From Zootoca vivipara (Eukaryota): a DNA stretch of 64,000 nucleotides. The translations under genes were made by a program, and so were the position numbers. The DNA is taken from assembly GCF_963506605.1 (NCBI RefSeq), contig NC_083276.1:110360001-110424000 (forward strand), written 5' to 3'. Below, piece after piece: positions 1-15,300 of the stretch. The notes below the pieces were generated by a model. That model was given only the letters and a program-made list of their open reading frames with translations. It ran no database searches and had not been told where the DNA came from. How positions within the stretch are numbered: the stretch's first letter is position 1; each line of letters starts with the position of its first letter.

Positions 1-223
1 TGTATATATGTGACTCTAAAGCTTGGGTTCAATTTTATATCTGCTTACAGTGACTTCAAAAATGGTCAAAGCATCCTTGCATTACACTCAAGGGCATTCC
101 ATTTATCACAAGCATATAATCGGCTTTCCTTTCAAGCACCTGTGAGATGACAAGATAATGTTACCGTAGCTTTCAAAGCATCGCTCAAGGGAGAAAGATC
201 AACTCCCAGAGCTCCTGGCTTAC

Positions 224-352
224 ATGAGGTGTTGGCTCGGCAGTGGCGGTGATGCTCCAAGACATAACCTTCTGCACAGTGACACCGATGGTGGCCAACG
301 CGGTCTTCGCACACTTGGTCACAAATGCCCCACGTCTTGCAGTCGTCGAAGT
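224..352 (-). CDS. LRP2: LRP2 exon 10, calcium-binding EGF-like 2 ([43 protein letters not shown])
   Basis: 129 nt, CACAG acceptor and GTAAGC donor; the gene continues beyond position 1. Confidence 0.96.
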
Positions 353-3300
353 CTGTGACACAGACAAGGTTGCAAACATTGCCAAGCACATTCTGTCCAC
401 AGAATTCATCACTTTCTTGCTGCCTATTTGCAGGAGTCCTCTCTTACACAGATGCACTTGCTTGCTTACTAACCGAAACATGCCCATCAGATTCAGATGT
501 TATAAATGCATGCCGCTTCCATATTTTCCAGGAACTTAGGATCTAAAAATACCCAAGACTTCTGAGAATATTTTGAGTAAGGGGTCCACAGGATACAGCA
601 GCAGCAGCAGCAGCAGCAACCACAACACCCAGCTCCTCTATGTGGTTGCATTAAGTTTCCATTCTCCTTAAACTCACCCGACTGATGCCCATCTTTGGAA
701 AAACTGCTGCCTTGGCTAAAATGTGGGCTGCCGTTTAATAAAGATGACACACAGTAACACACAGCATGTAATGCAACAGGTAGGACATTGGGTTTGAACC
801 CAGGTTTCAAGTTCAAACACCGGCTTTTGCTGCCCAGCCATGGAACAAACTGGGTGCCCTATTGTCAATCACAACTCCTCAGTGCTCAGTCTACCCTGAT
901 CAAAATGAAAGAGAGATAAATTTAGATAAATCAATTTATATGCTCAAATGCTTATTCAAACCAATCCCGAGCACTCGGTCCACTTATTTTACGATAAAAA
1001 CTCACAGCAACTCTAAATTAAATCAGAGGTAAGTTAACTTGCTCTGTGATTTGGGAAAACCGCCTTTCTTAAAATGATGGGGACTGCAATGCCAGTATCT
1101 ACGGGAAACTTCACAAAATCATGCTTTAGCAGAAGGGATATGTATAACCAATTTTTTAAAAAACAATTGTGCGTTTTTATTAGGGGTTTCTCAGCTGCAC
1201 TAAAATCTTAACAATAAAGCAAATCATCTAAGTTTTGTCTTCTGACATTTCAGATATCACCTTGAAGTCAGACTTGCCTCTTATTCTCTCATCTCACAAC
1301 ATTTATAACAGGAGCAAGCAAGAACCAGATTATTGACACTAATTTGAACTCGACTTTCAGCATTAGAAGCTTAAACTCCTCCATCTCAAAAACTGTAAGG
1401 ACAACTGAAATTGGATTACTTAGCAGGTGAATGGCTTTTCGTTTGCTATCTGAGTGAACCAGAATGAAGAACAAACCAACAGACAAAGATCTAGTCCTCA
1501 GGGAGGATGGCTTGTACCACTTCAGACGGGGCTCCCAAATTTGCACACTCTTTCAAACAAACAAACAAAATTATCCACACATAGGAAAAAATAGCCTGAC
1601 AGGAAGAAGACTGGACCTTCTTCTCTGCTAGTTAGTTTTCTGAATGGTGGAAATGTATTATATGGGAGAAAATTCAGCTGAGCAGCCCTCCTTCTGCCAT
1701 CTATAGTCTGAAGTGGTACTGTCAATATGCACCTTAAGAGAACTAGGTCAAAAGGTAATGGGGAGGATTACACAACCTTATTGTACTAACTTACACCTTT
1801 AAGCACCACACACTGCAATACTCTGCCTTGTCACGCATGCAAAAAGCCCACTGCATTCACTGGGACATCACCGTATATATAAAACTGATGACAAGAATAC
1901 CACAACAAGTGAAAAAGGCAAGTAAAAAAGCACTGGCTGTGCTATACATTGGAAAGCAAGCTACCATTTTTCCTCCGCTGCATTAGAAGTAAAGCCCCAT
2001 TAAAGTCCAGATATGGGGCACAGCATGCCTATCCAACAGAAATTCACAGCATCCGAAATGCATTGAGCTACTATTTAGCAAAATGCAAGCTCAACCACCC
2101 CATTGATACTTGTCAAAATGGCCTTTATTGGGAATAAAATGATTAAAACTATTCATGCTTCACGACATCTAACACAGCTTGTGTACCTGTTTGTTTTTGG
2201 AAAACATTTCTATAGATTATGAAGAAATATCCTGCAATCAGATGGTCATTGGTGTTCTTACATTCCCATCAACAAAACTATGAATAACTTGGAAAGCATT
2301 ATAAGCATCTCAACAGGTTCCACGTTAATAGGGGTGTTAAGCAACTTTTTGCTGAGATGTGTCAAGTAACGGTTATAAAACAGGCAAACTTGAAGTTAAA
2401 ATGCATGAAACTGATTGCTATCAGGCAATCAATCAATGGGGTACAATATCAAGCAAATCTGAACCCGTGGGTCACCACAACAAAACAAAACAAAAGGGTG
2501 GTGACAATAGCTTTAGAAGATTGAGAGTTCTTAACATCCATGACAATTGTGGGGAGGGAGTTTAGAGATGAACGATCAGTATCTCAACATTATTCACTTA
2601 CCAATGCAGGTGCGGCTGTCATTGCTGCTGATTATGTATCCTGCAGGACAATAGCATGTTCCTCCAGAAGGGGAAGAGTGACAGCGGTACTGGCAGCTCA
2701 ACGCCGCACAGCGAGATATGTCTGCCAAAAACAAAATCATTTTGAATATCACCCTTAAGACAAAGTATGAGCAGCTTGGTTCTGCAGACTGAANNNNNNN
2801 NNNNNNNNNNNNNNNNNNNNNNNNNNNNNNNNNNNNNNNNNNNNNNNNNNNNNNNNNNNNNNNNNNNNNNNNNNNNNNNNNNNNNNNNNNNNNNNNNNNN
2901 NNNNNNNNNNNNNNNNNNNNNGGGAACAAATGGGAAACCTTAACTATAAGCCAATGTGTGCACAATGCAAAGACATCACTTGAGAAATGGGGCCATTTTG
3001 CACCATGAGCTCAACCAACAGCTATGTTCACAGGCCCCGTCAAACAGATGACTACTACTGTGCGATGCAAGCTTAGGAATTGCACCCCAGTAGTTATGTG
3101 TTTGATGATTCCAGGTAAGCATTCATCTTAGGGGACTGCCACTGATCTCTGTAGACAAACCATACTTAAAATTAATGAGGAAACTTTTATGTGGAAGAAG
3201 CATTGCAAAAAAATCAGAAAGGGTGTCCCAGACTTTGTGAATGCAAGTTAAACAAAGTCTTGCTCCCTTCTCTTCTTTCCAATACTGGGTTCTCAGAGAT

Positions 3301-6300
3301 GAACCATAGTTGCCTAGATGGCAAGACTGATCCTCCATACACTTTTGCACATGCTATTTACTCACTGCAGTGTCTGCCTGCAGTTATGTTTGTTTCATCT
3401 TCTCTGCCTGGGCAGTCCGGAGTCCCATCGCAGACTTTGCCAATTGGAATACACTGTCCTGACAGAGGGCAGGCCCATTCACCAGGGTAGCAATCTCGAT
3501 GCCCGCTCTCTAAGGAACAGAAGAGAGAATCATTACACAATATCAAATAGTATTTCAGGTTTGAAGAAGCATTTGTTATTTTGAGGGGTGGGGTTGTCGT
3601 AAGCTATCTGAAGTGCAGCATAACTAGAAAAGCCTCCATCAGCCAATCTTCTACTTCTGTCTGCCTCTCTCTTTCAGCTTCAAGGTACTCAAGGAAAAAA
3701 AACTTTTCTACTATTTCCAGCGACCAATTCACACATTGCGCAGAAATGAACCTGGGTTTGCCAACAAGGAAATGGCTGCCTCCAATCACATCTCCTTGAC
3801 ATGCCCGCTTGTAAGATATTCCATGTTTGCAAATCGTTATTACTCATAATCACACATTGTATGTTGAAATGTAAACTTAAAACACTGTAAATGCACAGCT
3901 AACAAATCAAATGGATGAAGTGGCTTCTGTTTCTTCGGGGGCGGGGGGACAGTATGGCAGAATACAGGCTGAATTTTAAAAAGACTGAGAATGTATGTGC
4001 ATAGCTGCCAAGTCTCCCGTATTCCCCGGGAAATCCCCATTTTTCCAGCTGTTCCTAGCTGAAAAAACGGATTTTTTTGTTTTTCCCCGGTTTATTCTGG
4101 CGCGGCGGCCATTTTGGAACTGGGCGGAGCATGCTCAGAAGCGACTTTTGACGCTGCTCTGCCCAGTTCCAAAATGGCTGCAGTGTGACTTCAGGCGCGG
4201 CAGCCATTTTGGAACTGGACAAAGCAGCATCAAAAGTCACTTCTGAGCATGCTCCGCCCAGTTCCAAAATGGCAGCAGCGCTACTTCTGGTCTGCTACTT
4301 CCGGCCCGGTCCCTTATTTCTCCGACAGCAACTTGGCAGGTATGATGTGTGTGTGATGGTGGAACTCTTACTGATTTCAGAAACATCTGTCAGGTTGAGC
4401 AAGGAATAAGTAAATGGGGTGGCACTTCTGCTTTAAGACAGCCTACGGTCACACCATTTTGACAAATATGTCTTGGGTTTCACATACATATCTTTCTAAC
4501 TAGGAATTAGACCTTTCTGGTATGTATCATGCATTTTGTGGCAGATAGATTTTTTTTAAAGGATCTTGTCCCTCAAGTCCCTTAAATGATTTCATCACTT
4601 ACCACATACTAAGGCACCCTGAGTTTAAACAAAACCTCTGATATTACATCTTGAGCACCAAAGTACAGTTGAGGATTGCTATGTCATAGTCTAATGTTCT
4701 GGACTGAACTTGGTAACAAAAGCTACATATTGCTTTAAAAATGGAACGCTGTAAAAGAGGGTACAAAAATATGGCAAGTTATCTTCTACCTGCATTTGTA
4801 TAAATCGTCACCCAGAAGGGGCAGGAAAGTCATATTTGCAAATGTCACTACTTCTGAAGCCAGTTTATTTCATTGCTTACCACATCCTATTTCATCTTCG
4901 TTATCTTCGCAGTCATCATCTCCATCACATACCCAGCTCTGATGAATACAGCGACCACTTGGGCAAGTGTAGAAATTCCCTTTACAAGCTGCATATGCTG
5001 AGGAAGAAAACAGCAAAAAATAATAATAAAGAATTCCCCACATGCCAAACTTTTCACACTACCTCCCTGGACTCTAGACATATGTACATGGAAATAAAAC
5101 TTGCTGGAGCAAGCTCAGACCACTAAGGTTTGGTGCCCAATGCTTCTGCTGCCGTCTTAACTTCTTTCTTTTCTACCAGGCCTGCAAGCAGGAGCACAGA
5201 CACCTGAACTGGATGGAAGCAGTAGAGCAGAGCAGACTAGGAGGGGACCCACAACCACACATTACAAAGGCAGGAGAAAGACAGACTGGCTTTAGGAAAG
5301 AAGCAGAAGTGCCTTCTATTCCAGCCCCCAAACAAATCTTCCTTCAAAGAATCTACCTCCAAGAGCAAAGAGTGGAAAGCATCCCCAGTATTTCTGACCT
5401 ACCGTAAAGCAACAAATAAGAAGAATTTTTGTCCCATGTTACTGAGCTTAGCTATGTTGACAGAGATATGTCCCATCCACGGATTTCAGTTGCGAGACAT
5501 CAATCTTCAGTGTACACGCGCACACACAAGTTTGAAATGGTCCAGGTTTGAGTGAACCTGCTCCACTGCTGGTAAAACTCACAGGTACACTGTCCAATAT
5601 TCTAAACAGTACATTTCATACTTAATCAAGCTCAGCCTCTAGGTCAGGGAAGGGGAAGCTGTGGTCCTCCAGATGCTGTTGAACTCAAATTCCCATCAGC
5701 CCCACCCAGCATGGCATTGGCCAATTATCAAGGATGATGGGAGTTGTGGTCCAACAGCAATTGACAAGCCACAAGTTCCCTATCTATCTCTGAGCTGTAA
5801 AGTAGTGAAAGAAGCCCAAGTGAAAACTGACGTACTGCAAGAGTTTTCATCGCTCCTGTCTCCACAATCATCATCGTGGTCACAAACAAAGGCTCGGGGG
5901 ATACATTCTCCATTTCCACACTGAAACTGGGCATTGGAGCATCCACGAGCTGAAAAGAAGGAAAAACACGTGAACGTAGCCTAGAAAGAAATGCCAGCAT
6001 TTTGGTTATTATGATCAAGCACACCAGTTGAATCCTCCATGGTGTGCATACACAGTACTTACTGCAGTTGGTTTCATCAGAGGCGTCTCTGCAGTCCACA
6101 TTGCCATCACAGCGTTGGCTTGCATTAAAGCATGCTCCATTGGAACACGATAGCTGATCACACGTTGGGTACTCTGCAAGGGGAAAGATGCTTTATTCTA
6201 ATACATCAGAGAAGCAGTTAGGCTATACATCAGCAACGGTGGAAACTGTGGCTCTTCAGATGGACTCCAGCTTCCATCAGCTTCAATCACCATGGCCTAT

Positions 6301-9300
6301 GATCAGAGATCTTTGGGAGTTGTGGTCCATCATCATCTAAAGCAGGCATAGGCAACCTTCGGCCCTCCACATGTTTTGGACTACAATTCCCATCATCCCT
6401 GACCACTGGTCCTCTTAGCTAGGGATCATGGGAATTGCAGGCCAAAACATCTGGTGGGCCGAAGGTTGCCTATGCCTGATCAATTCCCCTCCCGGCTGTT
6501 CATTATGTCACTTAATTTTGTTTTCATTGTTGCTTTATGAAACATCCGTCTTCATCCTTTTTTGACACTGAGCTCTTGAATCATCCGCCAGTTTTCCCAA
6601 GACTGCAAGCAATCTATGCAGTCCGCTTGGGCATTATTTACTTCTTCCCCAGAACCAAAACCAACCCAAGACATTTCACTATCTGTGACGGAGCAGCAAA
6701 TGGCAACCGAGGTCAAGGTGTATGGTATCCAAGGCCAGTCAAGTTATTCTAACACTTATGGCAGAAAATCACCCAAGCACTTCTTTTCCTCCCTAGCAGC
6801 AGAAATAGAGCAGCAATACATTAAATAACTAGTGATTTGCTAACGAACAGCAAAATTTTACAATGCTCAAAATCAGCTGCCCGAGGCAGCCTCCTCACTC
6901 TGCCTAATGGTAGGACTGGCCCTACCCAAAACAATCGTAGGAAGAGTTTGGGGGAAAGTGCTAATTCACGCACTCACTTCCACTTCTCTCAGCACTACAA
7001 GGAAATGTGATCGACCAAATGGAAGATCTCACAGTGTAGGATCTCCTCTCACCAACAAGATTAAAATTTCTTTAAATACAGCTCCCCATGTTCAGATGAC
7101 TGAGGGAATTCAGATGTTGTCATTCACTTCTTATTTCTGGTTCAAGCTTTGCAAACAAAAGGTACCTGCAACTGCAGAGCTGCAGAACCTCTAGACCTAT
7201 AACTACGATAGCATTGTTTTCCCATAATCTTTCCTATAGTTCATTAACTATTATTATTTTAATTCATTTGAAGATTTTTATTTCAGATTTATTTTTAAAG
7301 CGCAGTTTTTTGCTGCAACGTTTCCTATTGTGTTTCTAAATCATTGTCTAAATGAAGCAACAGTAGTAAAACCTTATGAGCCCAGGGCAGGATAATCATC
7401 GGGGACAGCTGGTCATTAGAGGCTAATGGGATTAATCTTGACAATATTGTAACAGCTGCTAGCTGCTCCATAGACAGTGCCACATATACGTGGTGTTGTA
7501 GACTGTGCAGTTGAAATGCTTCATTAACACATTCTTTGGCCAATCTTCAACCTGGTGTAGTTGAGGGCTCCAGCTACTACAGCGTGAAAACCACCGGGAA
7601 TGCTCAACATGCCCCAAAAGTGGAAAATGCCAGCAGTGATATTCCTTTGCCATTGATGATGCTTGGATTTGTGCCTGGTCCTAGAGACCATCTACAACAG
7701 CAGCACAGGAGGAGGAACGAAACATCCACGATTTCAGCAGCATGCACCAGCACACTATGTGTCAGCCATAGTTTATTTGGGCATCAGTTCGCGTTCTGAT
7801 TCACATAGCAAAAATGGGTTGGCCCAACCACAGTTTCCCTACAGTTTAGCAGCACAGCGCAGAAGCAAAATAGTAAGTCACAGTTGGTGCATAGTTGGTG
7901 CATTAAGATGCTTGCCCATAAAAATGGCAAATTACAGGTGTCAAGAAATCAGCTTAGGGTTGGGTTGTATGGAGGAGAATGTGCTCTTTCCTGAGCTAGT
8001 AGGATGCATGTAAGGTAAGTCTGAACAGGACTGTAATAATAGTCCTGTTCAAAAGACCTGGTGTTTTTAGAGTTTCAGGGCTTCAGCTGGGGTGGGGAAT
8101 AGGGTTGAAGCTTGGTAACATTTTGTTAATAGGAAAGCATGAAAGAAAGATGGGATTAAAAATGGCTCCTATAAAAGTATGGGAAACTTAAGTGTAAGGC
8201 AATTAGAGCCACCCTTTATATATTCTTCTGCATGCTTTCCTTCTACATTCTTCACAATGGTTTTAACTGAAATGTTCTTGAAAGAGAAGCAAGCCAGGAT
8301 TCTAAATCAGAGCAATGCATTTATGTAAGTGGAGAAAACCATTATTTTTATGAAGCAGAAACAATAATTAAATGGACTGGAGCTGAAACACTGGTCTGAT
8401 GTTTATCTTAGCCTTTGCATGGGTAGTTTTTTCTTGCTGTTAATCCCATTAACAGTAAAATGGGCTGTGGCCTTCAATCTGCTTGTTCCATTTTACTTGG
8501 TGTGTAACTGCAGAGCACTGTGCATTTGATCACTCTCTTAAATATTATACCTCATTCAGAAACATTGTTTATCTCGTACACAGTTAAACCAAATTCTGTA
8601 CTGTATGTCTTTATTTTCAGAGTGGTTTCAACAGCAGCTCGTTGCCTTAAAAGTTTTAATCCAAAGCTCTCCTCGTCTTTATTGGCTGACCGTATTTTCG
8701 TTCATGGGTCCCATTCTTTAATTCTGACTTCAAAGCACTGCTATTTATCTTCACTGCTACCGAACATTATAGCTGAATCCAGTCCATTGGCTTTTGCAGG
8801 AGAATTTTATACAGAAGCTAGTCACAGGAAGTCACATGCCTCGATGACATTGAGAACATTTTTCTGCAAAGATTTTGCAGAAGAGGTGTACATTGCTCTG
8901 TTACTGAACCCTATTAAATGGCCTTTGATGCATCAATAAATCTGTGTACTGACAGTTCTTTCCAGAGCTGAAGATCCTGCCACATGAAAGATTCTTTGAA
9001 CCGAGTGTGGTAAAAGAGAGAGCTATGAGGGGCTCATATTGTTTGTCACTTTATCCACATTGTATGCCCTCCAAAACATTAGCACAGTTTTGCTATTTGC
9101 TGCCATTAGGTTTCCCATAATCAGCGCAACGCTCCTATCTTTAAGACCCCACACTAACAGGCACCTCCCTTCTGTCGATTAAGAAGGTTTGTCAACACCA
9201 ACCCTTTAATTAGTCGTAATGACTGCCGTTGAAAGATATGAAGCCTTCCCTCAGCCCAAGGCTGAGTCTACCACTCTGTAGCAACCCCAGGATTTATTGG

Positions 9301-12300
9301 TCCAAGGATTACTAAACGAAGATCAGGCATTAACCCTGGGTCTCCCACACTGCTGTGCAAAACACTAATCACCTTACAGCAATGACAGGCCCACTTAACT
9401 GATTTGACTGGGAACGGGCTTTAAAATTAAACAGAGTACTTTTGAACTTTTACACTTTAATTTTCGGGCTTCACTGACAAAGTTAAGCAAAAACTACAGA
9501 AATCAATTAAATCCACTGACTGAAGCATAGCCTTCATATGCTGCTGGACTACAACTCCCATCATACTTCACCATAGTCCATGCTGGCTGGGGCTGATGAG
9601 AACTGCAGTCCAAAACACCTGGAGGGAACCACAGTGGCCTAATTCTGCTGGGCAAATGAATTGTCTCTAAGGTACGTTGATGAGAAATTGTTCTCAGAAC
9701 TCACGGAAATGGTGAATGGAAATCTTGAGGAGATTCATTATTGACCATAGGGAAGAAAAACCTTTAGCACAGGGCTATGAGAATACTAGGGAAGGGAGCA
9801 GAAAGTGGTAAGGAAGGCAGTAGAGATGCCACCCATTCATAATGAATCTTTCAGAAGTTCTACAATTAATAGTTCTTATAGACTACCTTTTTCTACAGTT
9901 TTGGGAAACACAGAGTGGTTTGTCCAAACTAACATCCTTAAGGTCTAATGTACGTACGTAAATTGTTTCACAGAAATACGACACACAATATTGTTGTTGT
10001 TTGTCATACCCACTCTGGTAGTTTACACTGTTGCCTAGGATAACACGGGGCTATAATGAACAATAGGCAATAAGGCTTGGTACTCAGAGCCCTTGCTTAA
10101 TAAGCAAATGATGCAAGCAGATGTCCACGATTACACTGTAATCCCCATAAGCTCTCTGCTGCTCGTTTCTTTTTAGCCTACTCTTGTCATGACTAGCTGG
10201 GCTGACCCTCATTTGTCAATCAAAAGGGTGGAAATCATAGGTGGTGTGGAAACAATGGGAAAGAAGTTAGTTTGGACACATCCACCCAGAGACTTGATCA
10301 TTAAGAAAAGAAGAAACAAAAGCATGCTTTCAAGTAATCAAGTTTTCCTGTACCAAAGGCACATTAAAAACTATTTTCTCCTATAAAGGTCACACTTGCC
10401 TAGATATGAAACTTCTTTCCAGTCCTACCTAGTACTTGACTCCTTAAACCACTGGCATACTCATTGTCTTTAGCTCTGCTTACAGACTTTGAAGTTGTCT
10501 GTGGTTCTGTTACATGGGAAAATTCCAAGCCGGCTTGTCTCGGATGCCATTTATTCCAGCTTGCATCTGAACCGCTTACCGTTTTGGAGACGTCATTGAT
10601 TTTAGCAAATGAAAGGGATAAAAGGCTGTTGGCTCATCATAAATGCCATCTTTCCTTGTGAGCCATTCAAATGATTCTTGCCTCATAGATAAAGTTGCAG
10701 AATATTCCAAGCCGGTAGGGAGTTGGCTAAGACAGCCTTACCCAGCCCTGGGTCTGCTGATGTTAAAAGGTAATGGGTAAAGGGACCCCTGACCATTAGG
10801 TCCAGTCGTGACCGACTCTGGGGTTGCGCGCTCATCTCGCATTATTGGCCGAGGGAACCAGCGTACAGCTTCCAGGTCATGTGGCCAGGATGACAAAGCC
10901 GCTTCTGGCAAACCAGAGCAGCACATGGAAACGCCGTTTACCTTCCCACTGTAGCGGTTCCTATTTATCTACTTGCACTTTGACGTGCTTTCGAACTGCT
11001 AGGTTGGCAGGAGCTGGGACCAAGCAACGGGAGCTCACCCCGTCACAGGGAATCGAACCGCCGACCTTCTGATCAGCAAGCCCTAGGCTCAGTGGTTTAA
11101 CCACAGCGCCACCTGGGTCCCTTTTCTGCTGATGTTATTGGGCTACAACTAACACCATCTCTGAGCTTTGGCTGAGGATGATGGGGGTTGTAGTCCAACA
11201 ACAGCTGGAGACCCAAGGTTTGAAAATGCTGAGCTAAGGGGGTGAAGAAGGCTACTTTCCTTTCTAGCTTGCCCTCCCCAAGTACTGAGGCCAGGCTATA
11301 TGTTCACAGTGGTTCTAAAAATATATATTAAATACCCCCACAGCTGAGTTTCAACGTCTAGCTTCAGCTATTTTATGGATATCACTTGCTACAGATGCAG
11401 AACTCATGGCAAACTCCATCTTCTATGTCTGAAGTACTATCACCAAACACTACAAAAGTGGGTATCAAAACAGGAATGGCAGGTTGATGTGGCTGGTGGC
11501 TCACCACCTGACAAACACAGGTTCCAGCATCCTATGTTTACTTTGGCCTAGATTTTGTTACCTACTTCCGGGGAAAACAATATGGGGTTATGTCCTAGGC
11601 AGGTGGTGGGCACCTGCCTCACAATCTGTTTCATGGCAAAACTAATTTGCTCTCAATATCTGTCAGCTATGCCAGAAAAGCAAACCGAGAGTAGCTTAAA
11701 AGTACAATAAGCATCCCTTTGAAAAACGCAGCTTCTGTCCTGTGCTATAATTAGCCTTTTCTTACAACACAGTATCATTCAACAAGGACCCTTCAAGAAG
11801 GACTCTACACAGTGATAGCAGACACAGCAGGCTGGTTTTACTCCTGAAACCCACAGTCTCTACTTTCTGGCTCCTATACACCTAGTGCTTTAACACTTCT
11901 ATGACTCCCAGTGCCTTCTCTCAATTTCTGTATCAAACTGGGAGAGAAGCATTTTGCTTTCTGTAGCCCAAATAAAAGGTACCTGATCTTCATTTGAATA
12001 ATGGGGTTCTTTGACATGTTTGTTTTACACCCAAATTTCAAGGTCCATAGATTATGTCAAGGATGGGGAAACTGTGCCCCTCCAGAATATGTTGCTTGAC
12101 TACAAGTCCCATCATCCCTGACCTCTGGGCATTGCTGGTTGCAGTTGATGGGAGCTAGAGTTCAAGACTATATGGTGGGCACCACCTCTGGCAAATATGC
12201 AGGTGTCACCAACTGTACCTCTCTGCATATACTTGTTTTCCAAACCAAACTGCTTATGCTAACTTTGGGCTGTGATCTCTTTGCTTAGCATCAGAAAAAA

Positions 12301-15300
12301 AGAAGAGAGGGAGAAGGAGAGGGAGAGGGAGCGGGAGAGATATTCTTACAAACCATACCCCACAACATAGCAATAATTCAGGTAATAAGTCTTAAAACAA
12401 TGTAGCTGTTATAAGAGCATCAACACTAATCCATGAAAGAATCTGCAATGAAATTTTGATAACAAGAAGCATATTGTGGCCATTTCTGTCCATCAACAAA
12501 CCTCTTAATCTTACAAATTGATTAAAATGCCAGCGAGACAGGGGATGAAACCAAATCTAGTGCTAAAGATTGAAAAGTACTCACGGCAGCCTCTCTCGTC
12601 TGTTTCATCTGTGCAGTCTTTGACTCGATCGCACCTGTATTCTCCTGAGATACACTGTCCGTTTGTACATGTAAACTGCTGACTGGAGCATGTTCGCCCA
12701 GCTGCAAAAAACAGTTTGCTTAGAAGTGCATCACTTATACAGAGAGAAAAGATGTTATTTTTTCTGTTTGAAGCTGTTTCCTATCTCTGTGTATCTTTTT
12801 TTTACTTTATTCTATTTTCTTTCTACTATGTATTTTGTAAAATGGTTTGTCTGTCTATCTCTTCTCTATGCGTGTGGATACCTCTTGAGATATTGACACA
12901 ATGGTTTCTGAGGTCGAGGAGTCAGTTTTCATCAACATTTGATATTGGGTGCCATTTTGAACAAGATGGCAGATCAAGGCATTCCAAATGGCACAGATTT
13001 GGAAGGCTCTGAAGATATTGTTGCCAAATCTGGTGTTATGATTCCAAACTGCGCCAATCCGGATGCCTCTGAAGATGCACTGTTGCCCAATTTCGTGTTA
13101 TGCTTGCAAACTCGATTCCTTTATGAGGTGGTCCAAGGACTTATCAGTCACTTCCCTCCTCAGTTTTATCACAAAAGATAAAACACCAGCTGGAGGAGCA
13201 CCTGCTACCACCACGCCTATTGCAAAGGATGCCCTGTGAATATTTGAATTATGTGTCCTCGCTCTCAGGACAAAAACTGAACAAGAAAAAACATGGCTGC
13301 CACTATGGTTCTGTTGTATGCAGGTGGATTCACTTGGAACATTTCAGAGCCTTAGAAGGGATTTGTAGTCATATTTCTCATGAACAAATCCGAAAAAGGT
13401 GCCATTGGCTGTGACCATTACTTATCAACTATTACTGATAAAATCCTTCAGTCATAGGAACCTGCTGAACATCAGCCTGAAGGAGAAGAATGAACAGCCC
13501 CTGTTCACTGTGGTGCAATGGCCAGCTGAGAGATATGCTGCTGTTACAGTAGGTTTCCTGTATCAGAAGAAGGTTGGCCTAGATGGTCTTTAGAGATCAT
13601 TTTTAACATTTATGGTTCTGTGGGTGGATGGAAAGAGTAATGCTGGGCTACCTTCTATGAGTATCCAAAGTGTGGCTTGCTCTCTAGTATGGAGCAGTAG
13701 GTAGGTGACCACACACAGCAAGCAGCAAGTGCCTCTTCCTGAAAATGACTCGAAAACAGAAGCAGGACTTTGCTTTACAGCCACTTCCCAAAGGTCTTAA
13801 GTTAATGTGTAGACGTGTAAAACTAAAGCAAGTGTCATGATTTAGTCCAGTGATGGCTTAGAAATGCCTGGATTTTGCCCTTTACAGATTCCTTAGTAGA
13901 TGTGTAACTATTTGTGGCAGTAGCCCCTAGCCAAAGGGTGATGAGGACAAAGAACAAGGTGAGCTTGTCTTTCTCTTTTAGAGCGTGCTAAAAATCATAA
14001 TAATCTGAAAGTCTTATCCTTGGTCAATAGTCCAAATCTTGATCTGCAGCACAACTGAGGAAATTAGTTCCCAGAAAGTGAGTAACTGAGCAGAATTTGG
14101 CTTAGCAATTCCCGTAAATAACACAAGCACAGGAAAAATTTGAACATTGTCTGAACATAAATCCACAACAAGCCCTCCTGGACCCTAAACTTCAGGGCAA
14201 GCAAATTGCACTTCTTTATCCATCCAAATGCATCCTAGCAACTCTTGTGAGATTAGTTGCTCTTCTTCCCATTTCACTTAAGTTTTGGATTGAATTTATG
14301 ATTGCACTGTTAAGGTCCCTAAAACGAAGTCCAGAGGTTAGCTTCTTTCCACAAAAAGTCTTAAAGCAACTTACAAAGATAGCAACACACAACCCACCCA
14401 TCAACAAAGGCTTGAAAGGTCACTTAATGGGTAAAATAGGATGCTACCTTCTATCAGATTGGACCACTAGTCCATCTAATTCACTATTGTCTACTCTGAT
14501 TGGCAGGAGCTCTCCAAGGTTCGGACTGGAGTCTTTCCCAGCTGTACCTGGAGACAACAGGGATTGAACCTGGAACCTTCTGTGTACAAAACATCCATGC
14601 TGTACAACTGAGCTATAGGGGTCACTGCTAGTTCATAACTTACGGCATTGTTGACGTTCATCAGAGCCATCTTCACAGTCTTCTTCATCATCACATACCC
14701 ATGACCGAGGAATGCACTCTCCGTCGCTGTGGCACTGAAACTGATTTCCTTCACAGGTGGGATGTGCTAGTGAGGGTAAGCAAATAATGTTTGAAATCAC
14801 CGGCTTGGATGTTAGGTAAATAAAGAGATTCAGCTACTAAAATGGCTTCAAGTCTTAACGCTATGCTTTTGGTGCAAGCATGCTAGCTTTGCCGTGCCAT
14901 TTGGCTGGGCTAGACTGGAAGACAGCAACGGTCTCTGAAATAAGAGAGAGACGAGGAGGAGAAGGATGTCACAGCAACGGAGACAACAACTTTAATTTGC
15001 CTCTGACAAAGTTCCTCAGTTTTATCCTCTGTTTATCTTATAAACCAGTGATGATCTCTAATAAGGAAATAGAGCCACACTGTCAATGCCAACATACCAT
15101 TCTGTAAGTCAAACAGGTGCATGAGAGAGCAGACATCATAGTCAACAGATGTGTGTCCCAGAGTCCTAGAATACCCAGTTCCAGAGAGTCCTACGAATAC
15201 CAATTCCCTAAACATACCATGAAGGGATGGAAAGCAACTTCCTTCTCTTCTTAAACCTTAAACACCTCCACATTCACTATTCCTGTCTTATTCTGACTTT

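Noticed and set aside
2794-2921. Possibility that an LRP2 exon is hidden in the N gaps
   Set aside because: Exons 8-9 and 1-2 join in frame with the expected domain order, so nothing appears to be missing.
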